From Jimgerdemannia flammicorona (Eukaryota), in contig RBNJ01000187.1 in assembly GCA_003990765.1 (NCBI GenBank), positions 1-37,609 of the forward strand: a DNA stretch of 37,609 bases, in the 5' to 3' direction. Made by a program: the position numbers and the translations under genes. The notes below the pieces were generated by a model that ran no database searches, was not told where the DNA came from, and was given only the letters and a program-made list of their open reading frames with translations. Positions 13,088 to 24,790 of the stretch are shown one piece after another (position 1 is the stretch's first letter; every line of letters begins with the position of its first letter).

Positions 13088-15397
13088 CTAATAAATAAAT
13101 ACCCAAGTACTGCACTACCTCACCAGTAGGAACAATTGTTCCAATAACATTCTCTTCCACCAGACCATTGTCTAACACCATTATTTCATACTTATGCTAA
13201 TTGAGTTTAGCCCCAGAGCTCTCCTCATACCACTTCATGGTTTCCTTGAGCTCCTCAACATCAGCAATAGATCTCAGGCTGACTACTATATCATCTGCAA
13301 AGACCCCAACTTTCCACCCAATTCCAAAGATAGAGAGTCCTACTAACTTCTGCCTGATTCTGTCCATTAGGAGTTCCAGAGAAAGAGTATATAGAATGGG
13401 AGACAGTGGGTCCCCCTGGGGTACACCCCTACCCAGGGGAAACAACATCCCTCTATGTCTATTATATATGAGTGCAGCCCTACTCCCTTTCAGTAGACTG
13501 ATCATTACTGACCAGAACTGGTATAGTACCCCAGTTCTATCCAATACTTTTGCCAGCCAGACTTACTGCACCTGGTCATATGTCTTCTCCTGGTCCAAGA
13601 AGACCAGTCATCCATCTAGTCCACAAGCTTGTACTCCTTCAATAACTTCATATACCCAGGCTGTACTATCTCTAATGAGCTGGCCTCCTACAAAGCCCCT
13701 CTGCTCAATACCCAAGACTTGCTGGGCTACCTTCTGTAGCCTCATGATCACTACCTTAGTCACCAACTTTCTATCCATGTCCAGCAGCATAATTGACCAC
13801 AGTCCTCTCACCTTTCTTTGTTCTTATAAAGCAATGTCACCAGCCCCAGATCCTGCTCCCCCACCTATCTCTCTATCTGTAGTATAAAATCACACAATGC
13901 TGTCATCTCACCCAGTACTCCTGGAACTCCCACCATCTTCTTCCAGAAGTCCCAGGGCAGACCATCCTCCCTAGGTGCCATACCTGGTGTTGTTGTGGCA
14001 AGAACCTAGTGCATTTCTTCCTCTTGTACTGGCAATACCAAGTTACCCAGCCCATCTACTTGTGGAGGGTGCCAGTTCTCTAATACCTGGTTAATAGCAA
14101 CAGTATCAGCCCTACCACCCTCCTCACTCTACAATCCACTCCATCACTCCTTTAATGATCTAAGAATGTCTTGTATACTATGCATCAGTATACCATCAGA
14201 GTCAAACACCCCCTCTCACCTTTGCTGTACTCTTCTTGCCTGAAGGGCACTTGTGAGATACTTAGAGGGCCTCTCTCCTTTCTCCAAACTCTGCCAATAA
14301 AGCCATGCTGCCAAGCTCTACACCCTGGCCTCCTCCTCTTCCTGCAGCACCTATTGTAATTCTCTAACCTCTATTTTTACCCTCATTAATCTCCAATCCT
14401 CTCCCCCCTCCAATGTCACTAGCCCTACCCAATCCTCTAAGAGTCTAGTCAGTCTAACAGAAGCCCATCTCATCTGTCACCTCCTCTGCTTCCCAGTCTC
14501 CTTGTCAACCTCACTCCAGTAGACCCTAGCCATCTCTTTCATTCTCATCTACCAAACACCAATTGGGGCACCTTCCTGCCTCCAGCTCTCTACCTTCAGT
14601 TAAATATCTTCAGCCCACTCATCCTACTGAATTCTATCATCTAATAAAGAGGAATTGAGGTGTCAATATCCAGGCCCATCCCCACTCCCCCCAAAATGCC
14701 CCTGCCTCAACAGCCCCTAATGGTCTGACCAAGAACACTATTTCACCTCCAGCAACTTCCAAACATCCAAGCCCCAGCAACTGGCCATCAACATCCAGTC
14801 AATCCTTGTCTCCAGGCCCCCTGCCCAGTGTATGTATACCCTTCTATCCCCTCAACACTCCCTACCAGTATCTACCAGAGCACTTAGCCTTTTTACTTCC
14901 TTCCATACCAGCCCTCCACTCTTACTCTCAGCTCCCCACCCTCTATCTGTTCTATCCATCAGTACATCTCAGACCATATTGAAGTCTCCACCAAGCATAT
15001 CCACCCCAGTCTCCACAAAGACCCCACTCTCCTGAAGACTCTTCACCCAATCCACATGCTCACCCTATACAGCAGGGCAGTAACAAGAGCCCACTGTGAC
15101 TGGCTCTCAACCTGTATGTATCCACTCTCTTCAGACCAATCTATTCTCTCAACTCCTTATATTCTATATCTCCCCTCTGCCTTTCTGAACCAGAATCCCA
15201 ACCTTGCCCTTCAAAATGGCCTCACCTCTCCATTTCTTTGTCTATTTCAGCCTATCTAAGTCATCCTCACATCTGATATTCTGCAATAAGAAGAGATCAG
15301 CCTCCAATCCCTTCAGTTAAGTAAAAATGTTTTTATATTGAGAAGTGTCCCATAATCCATTCACATTCAAAGAGAAAATATTAGTTATACTATTCAT
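13088..15397 (-). pseudogene. LINE ORF2 (APE endonuclease + RT), truncated by insertion after YLGI
   Basis: ATG at 15397 (MNSITNIFSLNVNGL); ORF-track 13608-13811 and 13197-13544 carry RT motifs; multiple stops and frameshifts. Confidence 0.88.
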
Positions 15398-15419
15398 AAT
15401 AAAATATAGTATATTATTC

Positions 15420-17240
15420 AGTCTATTCCTACTGCTCCATGTTCATCTCTTCCTGTACTATGTCCAGATTATGTTCTGCAGTCAATGCCTCCTCTTCAGT
15501 CCTCTGAGCCTCCAATCCAGCCAATAGCTCATTCATCTCCCCATCTGCCTTCTCCTCAAACTCCTCCCAGTACTCTAGACAGGCCTCCTGCCAGAGCTGT
15601 AATCTATAATACTTAATTCAGCGGTATTTAGCTCTCTCCCCAGCAATACCTACCAGCTCTGCCTCCCACTCCTTATCTACCTCATACCCTTCCTCCTCCA
15701 GATATACCATAAGGATTTCTGCCTTCAATGCCAACACTACTCCATTCCTTTGCAGGATTTTCACCCAATGCTCATCACTCATTACTCTCAAGTCTACCTC
15801 CTCCAACTCTTCAGCTGTCAAGTTATTCATCATCCTATATATCCAAAGTAGGTTCCCCACCTCCTTCCCTCTAGGGGTCACTGATCTCCCTCTATCTAGC
15901 ATTATAGTGTCAGCCCCAGTACTTGCAGACTCATCCTATACCTCTGGGATATCTACCAGTTCCTTCTCTCCAACTGCCACCACTTGTCCCCTGTTTGCTA
16001 CCTCAGAAACTCTAAATTGTATATATTGGGCCTCTTGCATTGGCATATCCTCTACCGATAAGAGGAGTAGGGGTAGGTGATTCCTTCTAGGTCTCCTTCT
16101 AGACCTCAAATATACTATCAGTATATAGGTCATTACCAGTTACCTTCCTGTCCTCTCCTATCTCCTTCTCTATACTTCCACTACCTTTGCTGGCCCAGAC
16201 ACTCACTTTGATATTCCCTGCCTCTACCATTCTACCTGCATCCTTCTGTGGTCTACCTTCCAGCTTAGCCAGTAGCTCCTTCTGTCTCTTATGTCCCTGA
16301 GCTCTTTTCCACTGCCCCTTATCTACTCAAATCCACTTCCCATCCACTACCTTTAAGTGCATCAACTCTACAAAGGCCTTCCAAGCCTTTGCTCATCACT
16401 CTACAGTACTACTCAGCTCTTTTAGTACTTCTAACAAGTTCTCTTCCTTCTCCTCACTCTCCTTCACCCTTGTCACTTTACACAAGATTGCCCCCCAGAC
16501 TATTACTGAAGGCCAGTTCCTTGTCTTCCTGGTAGCTTCCTTCTCTGCCAGCCAAATCCATATATCAATATCTCCAGTCCTGAGCAAGATCCCTTCCCAG
16601 ACCCTGAATCTGATATCCACCATCTTGCCATACTCTATTATGACCTCCTCAACTCTTCTTCTTATCTCCACCACTATCACTGTAGGCACTCCTTTTACTA
16701 GCAGTTATACTACTCTGGAATTCTATCTCAGGCAATGTGCTGTAGAGATATACACCTCCCCAACAGTCAATCTAACCTTCAGTACCTCCTCCAAAGGCCC
16801 AGCCTCTTCAAAGCCCACCTCTACTCTCTCTAATCCCTTCAAAAACTTTACTGATGCTATCTCAGCTACCTGCTTAGCAATAAGCCCTAGCACTATTTTT
16901 GCCATCACTGCTAGACCTCAGAAGTACAGTATAATCATGAATACTAAGATTAATTTTTTGAGTAATGGGGCCACTATTAGACCCATCATATCATCTGTCA
17001 AATTCCCCTGCCCTCTAAGCCCCAGCCACTCAGCTGTACTATCAGCAGTCACATCTGGATTTTTTTTCAGATTGGCAGTCTCATCGCCATTAGCTGTTAT
17101 GCTCATCTTAACTACTATATCCCCAGCTCCACTGCCCATACTGCCAAAGACTACTCCTCTATATACTGCTACCTTCTCCATCTTCTTGCCTTTCCTCAGC
17201 CATCTCTCCAGCCCAGATGCCTGCTGTCTCCCCTTCACTA
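15420..17240 (-). pseudogene. LINE ORF1-like remnant (boundaries approximate)
   Basis: Series of minus-strand fragments (16918-17238, 16723-16908, 16396-16689, 15936-16133, 15618-15902) directly upstream of ORF2; IEYGKMVDIRF resembles RRM-type ORF1 segments. Confidence 0.6.
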
Positions 17241-17455
17241 TCTCTACAAAGCTTGCTCTCCCAGACTCCTATCCTCTACCACTACCTTCTCCCCTTCTAT
17301 ATCCTCCTGCCAGTAGCCCCCTCATATCCCTCCCTAGGCCAGAGCCTCTCCCCACATACTGCCAGTCAAATATGCTAGAGCTACTCTGCTCAGTACATAT
17401 CTCAGATTGCCTGTCAGTCACTATATTGTTAGTCTCTTTTCTTCAAAAACAATAT

Positions 17456-19858
17456 TGTAAGTACTTTCTAAAAGTTATATAATCCAAATAGTGAGTGAGA
17501 AAGGTGAGTTGTATAAAAGTACTATTATATAGTTCTAGAAGAGTTTTCTGAAAGTTCTGAATATTCTGGAAGATTGTTTTCTTTAGGTCAAGATCAATTT
17601 TATATAGAGTATGTCTTCTATACTTATTGATTTTGAGATTGGATTGACATCTCAACTAAAGTTCTTTTTCAGACTTATTCTAGATGTTCAGAATTTTCTA
17701 TATTTCAGGAAGTTCAAGAAACTAAGACTAGCTTAGTTGAATTGATATATTGCTTATAAATAATACTCAATTAGGAAATTTTGTAATGTGGTTAGGAGTG
17801 GGACCTAATAGGGTACAGATTTACTTAAGAGTAGTTTGTGGGTTATTAAAATAGGGTTTATTCACTATTCATGATATTGTTATACTAGGAGTAATATGTG
17901 AAGAAATATTGTAGAGAAGCATTCAGAAGTTCTTGTATATGGATCTGTTTGAGTCTGAGTTTCTGAGATCTGAGAGAGGGGATATTTATACTAATGGAAG
18001 ACTATCTAAACTAGACTAAATATGGATGTAGTACTTAGTATCTTACTGAGTCAGAATACAGTCATATGAACTGATATATTAAGAGATTATCTGACTGCTG
18101 AGTTAGTATATAGTTACATCATATAAGGCTAATCTAACTATACTAATGACTGCTAAGTTATCTATAGATTTAGATACTATCTGGGTAGTCTTCAATGACA
18201 TCACTATTAATGATATCATCTCTAATGAAGTAGTTATCTAGGAAGAGTGGTTCTTAGATTACTTTTCTTTATTTACTTAGATAATAATATATTGGAATCA
18301 TATTACCATTCTATAGGATAGTATCATTTGTCTTGTATGCTGAGTATAGAGTTAATAGATAAAAGAGAGATACATTATCTTTACTTTTATTGGATTTACT
18401 GTCTGCATACCTTCTATAGGTTATGGCACTATATATTGCTAAGTTGTAGTAAGCTGATAGCTGTTCTTTATCACTCATACTTAGGTGGTGGAGTTGTTGG
18501 TTCAATCTTGAGAGTTATCTAGAGATACAGATTATATTCTCTGGTCTCTTTATTATAGTTGAAGTAATCAGGCATAAATGCAGATTGGTACTCATACCAG
18601 TAGTTGTTATCCCAATAGGTATTATAGGTAGTATAACTAGTTATTAAAATACATGGTATTGACAACATGACCTATAGATCTCTATATCTAATAGTAAGGT
18701 TGGTAGGGTGGTCAGGGCTGGTAGGAATCCTTGGCTGAAGGTCATGTCAGCATCAAAGAGATTGTTATCTTCTACTTTATTATTATTAAACTGGATTATA
18801 TTATAGATATCCTTTATAGTATATTCAACTTGGGGCATTTGTAGGATATAGTCATCAGAGTATGAGAAGGTTCTATCTGTGGTTTGAACATATTCAATAT
18901 ACTTGTAGTTGAGTTCTTATACTATATCATCAATTTGGCTGTAAGATAGAGTGGCAATTATTTCAGTAGTAGTAACTTAGAGATAGGGAATAAAGGTGCT
19001 ATACTTATTTAAGAGTTCTCAGTATTTGCAGGTGATGAGTTTCTGGTGTTGAGACATCTGAATAATATCTATATTGTAATGGTGTTCAACTATATCTTCC
19101 AAGAGACAGCTGATCTAGTAATAGCTTGAGATTTGTCTGATTCAGTAGGCTTCGCTAAGTATATTTAGGATATTCCATTGGGCTTCTACAAAGTAAAGAG
19201 GTATCAGACTATAGATATTCATAAGAAGTAGGAGAGATATAGCTTGGTTGATAATGGTATGTTATAGATCTCAGTGATCATATTTGTGTGTATGTTCTAG
19301 AGTTATAGTTATTTGTTTGATTTATTGTGATTCTCTATTTTGATATATCTGAGTACTCAGTATATATATATTTGGTCCTAATTAGTAAGATTCTGTTTGT
19401 ATAAATCTTATGTTCAGTAACTTTAAGTTGACTCAGCTTTATACTTTGTAACTTTGGTTTGACTTAGTTTTATGATCTTACATATGATTTCCAGATTTGT
19501 TCTGTGGATCCTCATGGCTCTTCTGATGTCTTGAAATGTTCTTTTCAGAACTAAGGGGTCTTGGTGATTCCTGGATCTTGAGGTTTGGTAAGTAGCAGAC
19601 ATTTTTATTTGTGATAAGTCTTTAGAACTATTTCTGTGAGCTTTGTTTGAGTTACTGCTACTGCGATTTCTTAATTCTTCTTTTATATATATTCCTTGAG
19701 ATATCTGTCTTATGGTCACAATGACTCATAATTGGTCATCATTACTTATCTTATAGCTTGGTGAGTTATGCCATATAATCTTTTTGTGCTCTGATCTAGT
19801 GGCTTATAAGGAAAGATGTTTTCTATAATAATGTTATTATTCTGAGATCACTGTTACA
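17456..19858 (-). repeat. Older, heavily mutated variant LTR D (solo-like) of the same family
   Basis: Clear homology to the other LTRs over ~17520-19503; TGTAAG at 17456 and GTTACA at 19853-19858 are probable termini; no PBS or PPT adjacent; ends uncertain. Confidence 0.8.
18170..19281 (-). pseudogene. U3 accessory ORF remnant in LTR D
   Basis: Fragments MPQVEYTIKDIYNIIQF (18644-18838) and AYYNLAIYSAITYRRYADS (18311-18505). Confidence 0.75.
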
Positions 19859-20630
19859 CTATATTTATATTGATGACTATCTTGGATTTTTACTATAATA
19901 TTCTCTTTACATTATTATAAAGTTATGACAGAAGACCATTCTTAAGCAAGTAATTTTAGATATTTTCAAAATAATTATAGTCAATACTAAGCATATTAAG
20001 GTATATTTTTTGATAAATAAAAGTATTATAATTTCAACAGTAGATAGTTCTCTTATTGATGTAAGTTATATTCTTGAGATATTAATGAGTATTGACTCTA
20101 CTATCTATGATCTTAAGTTGGGCCATTAAAAAGATATTCTGTTCTACTCTTAAAAGAGCTTAAAATTTCTCACATATCTCAGTAAATACTTTCTTCAGAA
20201 TCTTAGATGAGCAACTACAACTATAGCTTAGTTCTAAAAAATAGAGAGCTTTCTCATATTTAGTTAATTTTTTGTTAAATTTCTTTAATACATTATTAAA
20301 AAATACATAAAACCACCCCTATATTACATATCTATATAATCTTTTATTCTGATATTTTCTTTTTTTTCCTTAATTCTTGGAAAGTTTCTTGTAATTCTCA
20401 CTTCTTGGAATTTAATTCCTACTGACTTTATCTAGAAATATCTTCTTGATAAGTAGTATTTGTGCTTCTATTAGAATGGATAATTATTGATAAATTTTAT
20501 AAATAATTCTCTCTTTATCCGAATATTCTTAAATAACAACTTTCTTATCTTGCTCTTGTTTCAAAATTCTTCTGATTGTACTGTAATTTTTAGATTCCAT
20601 AGTAGACTTGATGTAAACTAGTTTCATATT
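19859..20630 (-). pseudogene. AT-rich decayed coding remnant, possibly the N-terminal part of a DNA-transposon transposase
   Basis: One frame reads ...EKF*ALLRVEQNIFLMAQLKII...IYQKIYLNMLSIDYNYFENI*NYLLKNGLLS*LYNNVKRIL**KSKIVINI and ends at the LTR D terminus; family not securely identified. Confidence 0.4.
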
Positions 20631-20859
20631 TATATGATTTATATAGAGATAGTCCTATATGCCAGTAACGATGTGCCAGTGCGTCGTTGAACTCTTCTTA
20701 TTGACCATCCGATTTTTTTTTGTCATTGCTAAAGTGATCGTATGGCTAAAGGGACAGATACATTCATTTCATGCATAGAGGGATGGTGCTCGTATATAGT
20801 TAAAATACGACGGACAAAAAAAATGGGACATTGAGAGCGTTTGCGGATTTCATTCCACT

Positions 20860-23800
20860 CTACTCAGGTCGAATAGGTGAACTGAGGCCGTCGCTCATCG
20901 GATGCACGTCCATGACGGCCTTTTTGTGCTTCTCTTTGTTCGGGGTGAATGGATGAGGCGGGAGACCGCCAGAGAGATCAGAGAGTCCTAGCAGATTATC
21001 GTCGTCTTCTTGCAGCTGAGAGATCCTTCGAGCAGTTTCCAACAAGCTGTGCTGAGGACAAGGGACATGGCAAGGTGAGAAAACGATGAAAGGACAGTTA
21101 AATAACAAGATAGAAAGAAGAAATCGACTTAATCTACCTTTAAATCCCACAAAAGGACCACGAAATCGAATAGATGTTTGCGCTGTCCCGCGAAGCTCAC
21201 AGGAACGATGGCCTTGTGAGTTCGCTCGAGCTGCAAGATACCATGGGCCCGACAATACATCTGCCAAAGCTCGATCCGATTCTCTGAAAAGCGAAGGAAC
21301 GATATCAGATGAGAGGCCAAAAAAAAAAAAAAAGATAAAGGAAAAGGAAGCACGCCTACCGTACGTGTGTAAAAATAAGACCCTGGTCTCCGCATAAGTC
21401 TTCAGAGACGCGCCACGAAATCGTTCGCCAATCTCCTCTAACATATAGGCGCAGCCGACGGGACCTTTGCAGCATCCGTCCCAGGTTGATCGTGGTATCT
21501 CCTTGTGATCGTAGCCGCCACTCATCTCCAAATGTCCAATCTCAACTAGAGATCTCGTCAGACGGGCAAACATGATCCCGTCGGCTTTCTGCTCAAAAGT
21601 GCTTGTGGATTTTCGACGTCCATGGCACGATTTTATCGAGTCTAGAATGATCTCGCCGCTTGAAGGAAGGTAAGAGAAGTTTGGAGTGAATAACGAACAA
21701 GGTTCTTGCAGAAAGAAAGGTTAGGACGAGTAACTTACGGCTCGTAGTGCACACAGTCCTCCATGCCTGAGAGAAGGTCGATGAGACAGGGGTGGATGAT
21801 GTAGGCAGAGTAACTAGCTTCGGAAACGCCGGCTTGCTGCATGACGGAACGCTCGGGAAAAATGTATTGGGTGCTAAGGGGCGGGAAGACATGATCAGCT
21901 TGGGGGTCGGACATCGCAAGTACAAGCAATAAAGGACAAAAATCACTCACAATCGGGTTAGAACTTGCAAGAAAAACTTGGTCAAGGGGTCTTTCAGTGC
22001 CCGGGAGGGATAAATTTCCGAAAGCTTCTTCAGCAAATTCCTCCTGTCGTTATCGTCATCATTGAGAAACACTGCTTCAGTGATCAGCTCGCTCATTTTG
22101 ATCTCTTTCAGCTGGCGTTCCAAATATGTAAGCGATTTCTGTGGCCAATGAAGGGTTTTCGTCACGAAAAGCGAAGATCACCAAACGCAAAAAGATAGAC
22201 GAGAGAGACCGGTACCTGTCTCAGCAGCTTGGCCACCAGCTCTGGAGGACTGACCATCAGCTCTGGAGGACTGACCATACTTCGACTTTTGGTGCTTTTC
22301 TGAATTTCAGCATATTCTTCCTTGTTGCACCACTTGGGCTTTGCAATCTTTAAGCCGCAACGAACGATACCCCAGACTTCAGGCAAATATAGTCAGAAAA
22401 TCGGTGATGTCCATCAAAAATAAAATAAAAATAAATGCAACGAATACTCACCTCAACGGATGACCTTTAATTCTGGCCGCTGCCTTTAAGAGGTCAAGGA
22501 CCGTTGAACCAGACTTCAAGGTCCACTTTTCCCACGCACCGTGATCGAAAGGCTGGGGAAAATGTGTGCCCATGTCGGATTCTTCATTGCTCTCTTCCAG
22601 AATTAGGGAAGGATCGACAGCTTGCCCTTCGTAATTGCCGAAATATTCCGTATGACCGGTCCCGGAGCTCTTGATTTCGAAAGTCTGTGGAGAGAAATCG
22701 GAATGAGATACAAAAATATATTGCCACCTCGCAGTAAATGCACAGCTCGTACTACCTCGTCCTCATCCTCGAAAACGACATCTTCGAGATCGACATCTTC
22801 GGGATCGACATTAGATTCGTCAGAACTTGAAACGATATCTGTAGCAATCTTCATCTAATTAAATGCACAAAAATACGACATGATCTGGAATAAGCTGTGC
22901 TGTTGATATTATCTTTTCCGTGTCACTGCAGTGACACACCTCTCGTGATGTGTTCTCCGAATCTTATCATTGTCGAGCTTTTTTTCATCGAGATTGTGCC
23001 CAATTCCTTTCCCACAAGGCGTTCATTCTGCTTTTCGTGATCATTTCATGCCGCGCAGAGTTGATAACAACCAATACCTTATTGTTACGATCATCCTCAC
23101 CACGATAAATGCCAGCCTTGCGCTTTGCACGGTCGCCAGGTGTGGCTTCTTCGAAATCCCGATGCCTTTTCTCGGTTGGATGTCGTTCCCCCTAAAACAG
23201 TGTGATATTTAGCACGCGCACTCCAGCGACTCCTGCCATGATAAATATATAACTTAAAGATAAAAATAACATATCAATTACCTGTTTACCGGCTGTAGGT
23301 TCTCGCAGAGCAAGGAGATCCTGATGTTGGGCTTCAATAACATATTCCTGGTTTTTATTTGTTGCCGTGATAATATGTAGGACTCCGTCAGCCTTGTAAA
23401 GGGCACAAGGACTTCGTTAGAATCACTATATTGACATTGACAAAATTTAATATGCTAGTGTCATAGCACTTCACTTACCTTTGCAAGCTCGATCTGATTC
23501 TTTGTCGATTCCAGCTCACTTTGGAAATCAATTTCTTTCCAAAATGCGATAACTCTCGTGTCGGACGGTTGGGTCTGCAAGAAAAGGAAAAAATGATAGT
23601 ACACTTGATAGTAGAATTAACAAGCACAAGCAAGTTGAAATAGGACAAGATGCCCATCAATGACTCGCAGACGGCATATACAGTCTCCCACGACGAGCTT
23701 AAAGGTCGTCAACAAGACAGCTTAAAGGTGTCCTGCCTAGTCGTGAAATATGCATAGCGCTACTTCCACCACGACGAGCTTAAAGGTCGTCAACAAGACA

Positions 23801-24068
23801 GCTTAAAGGTGTCCTGCCTAGTCGTGGGAAGTCATCCACCCGCCACTACGCTTACCTTTAAATTGTTAAGCATACCCTGGGCACGTTCTACCTTGAAATC
23901 ATTTTCTGAGTTTCGAATGATAGCTTCTAAAGCCTTCTTCAACAAGCCGTTCTCCCAACGGAAAATGCCACTGAAGTCGCTTTGTTGCCTTCGAAATTGG
24001 TAGTATCCAAGAATGGACCATTGTTCAGGTGGTGCGTTGTTGAAGTAGGCGAGTTTGGTGTCCGACAT
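20860..24068 (-). CDS. 12-exon host gene (~664 aa) with C-terminal restriction-endonuclease-fold domain, Crinkler/CR-effector-like; possibly a recent pseudogene
   Basis: Exons 24068-23856, 23574-23479, 23392-23282, 23191-23078, 22854-22756, 22684-22452, 22384-22216, 22138-21951, 21873-21739, 21658-21360, 21283-21138, 21051-20860 join in phase (1995 nt) with GT-AG introns except intron 6 (no AG); motifs KWTLKSG, SEASYSAYIIHP, GEIILDS, KADG, EIGHLEMSGG. Confidence 0.75.
22237..22278. repeat. Perfect 21-bp tandem duplication in exon 7 (MVSPPEL x2)
   Basis: CAGCTCTGGAGGACTGACCAT twice. Confidence 0.95.
23688..23826 (-). repeat. Two identical 58-bp structured repeats in intron 1 (23688-23745, 23769-23826)
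   Basis: CCACGACGAGCTTAAAGGTCGTCAACAAGACAGCTTAAAGGTGTCCTGCCTAGTCGTG x2; each contains two hairpins with the same 9-nt loop and CACGAC/GTCGTG inverted ends. Confidence 0.93.
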
Positions 24069-24762
24069 GGCAAAATCTTTCGCACGAGTAAAAAAGAGCT
24101 GTCAGAGGAGGCGGATACGGTGTACAGGGAAGCGAGACGACCGTTCCGGCGCGAGTTGCGCTTGCAAATATTAATAATGTTTATACTTATTTAGGCCGGT
24201 CAGGATCGCAAGTCGCTGTATTTACATGTGACTCGTTTAATGAGCGAATTTTCCGTTAGAGTCCAAGGCGAAAAATAATTACTAGGTTCTGGAAACTTTC
24301 TAATTATCTTATGCAGTGGATATCAAATCAATAAAGGTTATGAGCAAAGCAACAATGAAAATAAAATTTTCAAGCTGATGCATCGAGAACGTCACAAGTT
24401 CACTTTGTCTGGTTTTGTTGCAGTATGCCCCATATATTATATTCAAATATAATTAATTTATATTTTTATATTTATTTATGAAACAAGATTATTATAATTT
24501 AATTTAATTTAATTTAATTATAATATATAATATTTAATAGATTAATTTTTTAATAAATAATAATATATTATAATAATATATATTTTTATAGTCTCTTGGA
24601 CTTTACTATTTATTATCAGTCTATTAAATATAAATACAATACCCCAGCCCACCCCCCACTCCCTACCCAATCCCCCTAGGGGGACTCCCCTCTACACTCT
24701 CACACTCAAAGACCACCTTACCATCTACCACTATAACTCTTCTTCTACTCTATCTATAGATA

Positions 24763-24790
24763 TATTATTATTATTATTATTATTATTATT
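24763..24790. repeat. (TAT)n microsatellite
   Basis: About 9 TAT units. Confidence 0.9.

Larger units (their letters stand above)
13088..17420 (-). mobile_element. Degenerate non-LTR retrotransposon (L1/Tx1-type LINE), cut by copy B; 5' boundary approximate
   Basis: ORF2 motifs SLNVNGL, GGDFNM, TRIDWM, SDH (APE endonuclease), APxEDGLP, LDQEKTYDQV, GVPQGDPLSP, FADD, YLGI; ORF1-like fragments upstream; CpG almost absent. Confidence 0.9.

Noticed and set aside
16625..17482. 285-aa S/P/T/L-rich plus-strand ORF (also 13201-13887)
   Set aside because: Antisense to LINE ORF1/ORF2; composition explained by the C/T-rich strand skew
20860..21573. 237-aa ORF as a single-exon gene
   Set aside because: Reads through two introns (poly-F stretch) and through exon 11 in the wrong frame; the spliced model is more coherent
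23688..23826. CRISPR-like repeat-spacer-repeat
   Set aside because: Only two 58-bp units, in a eukaryotic intron, with no cas genes
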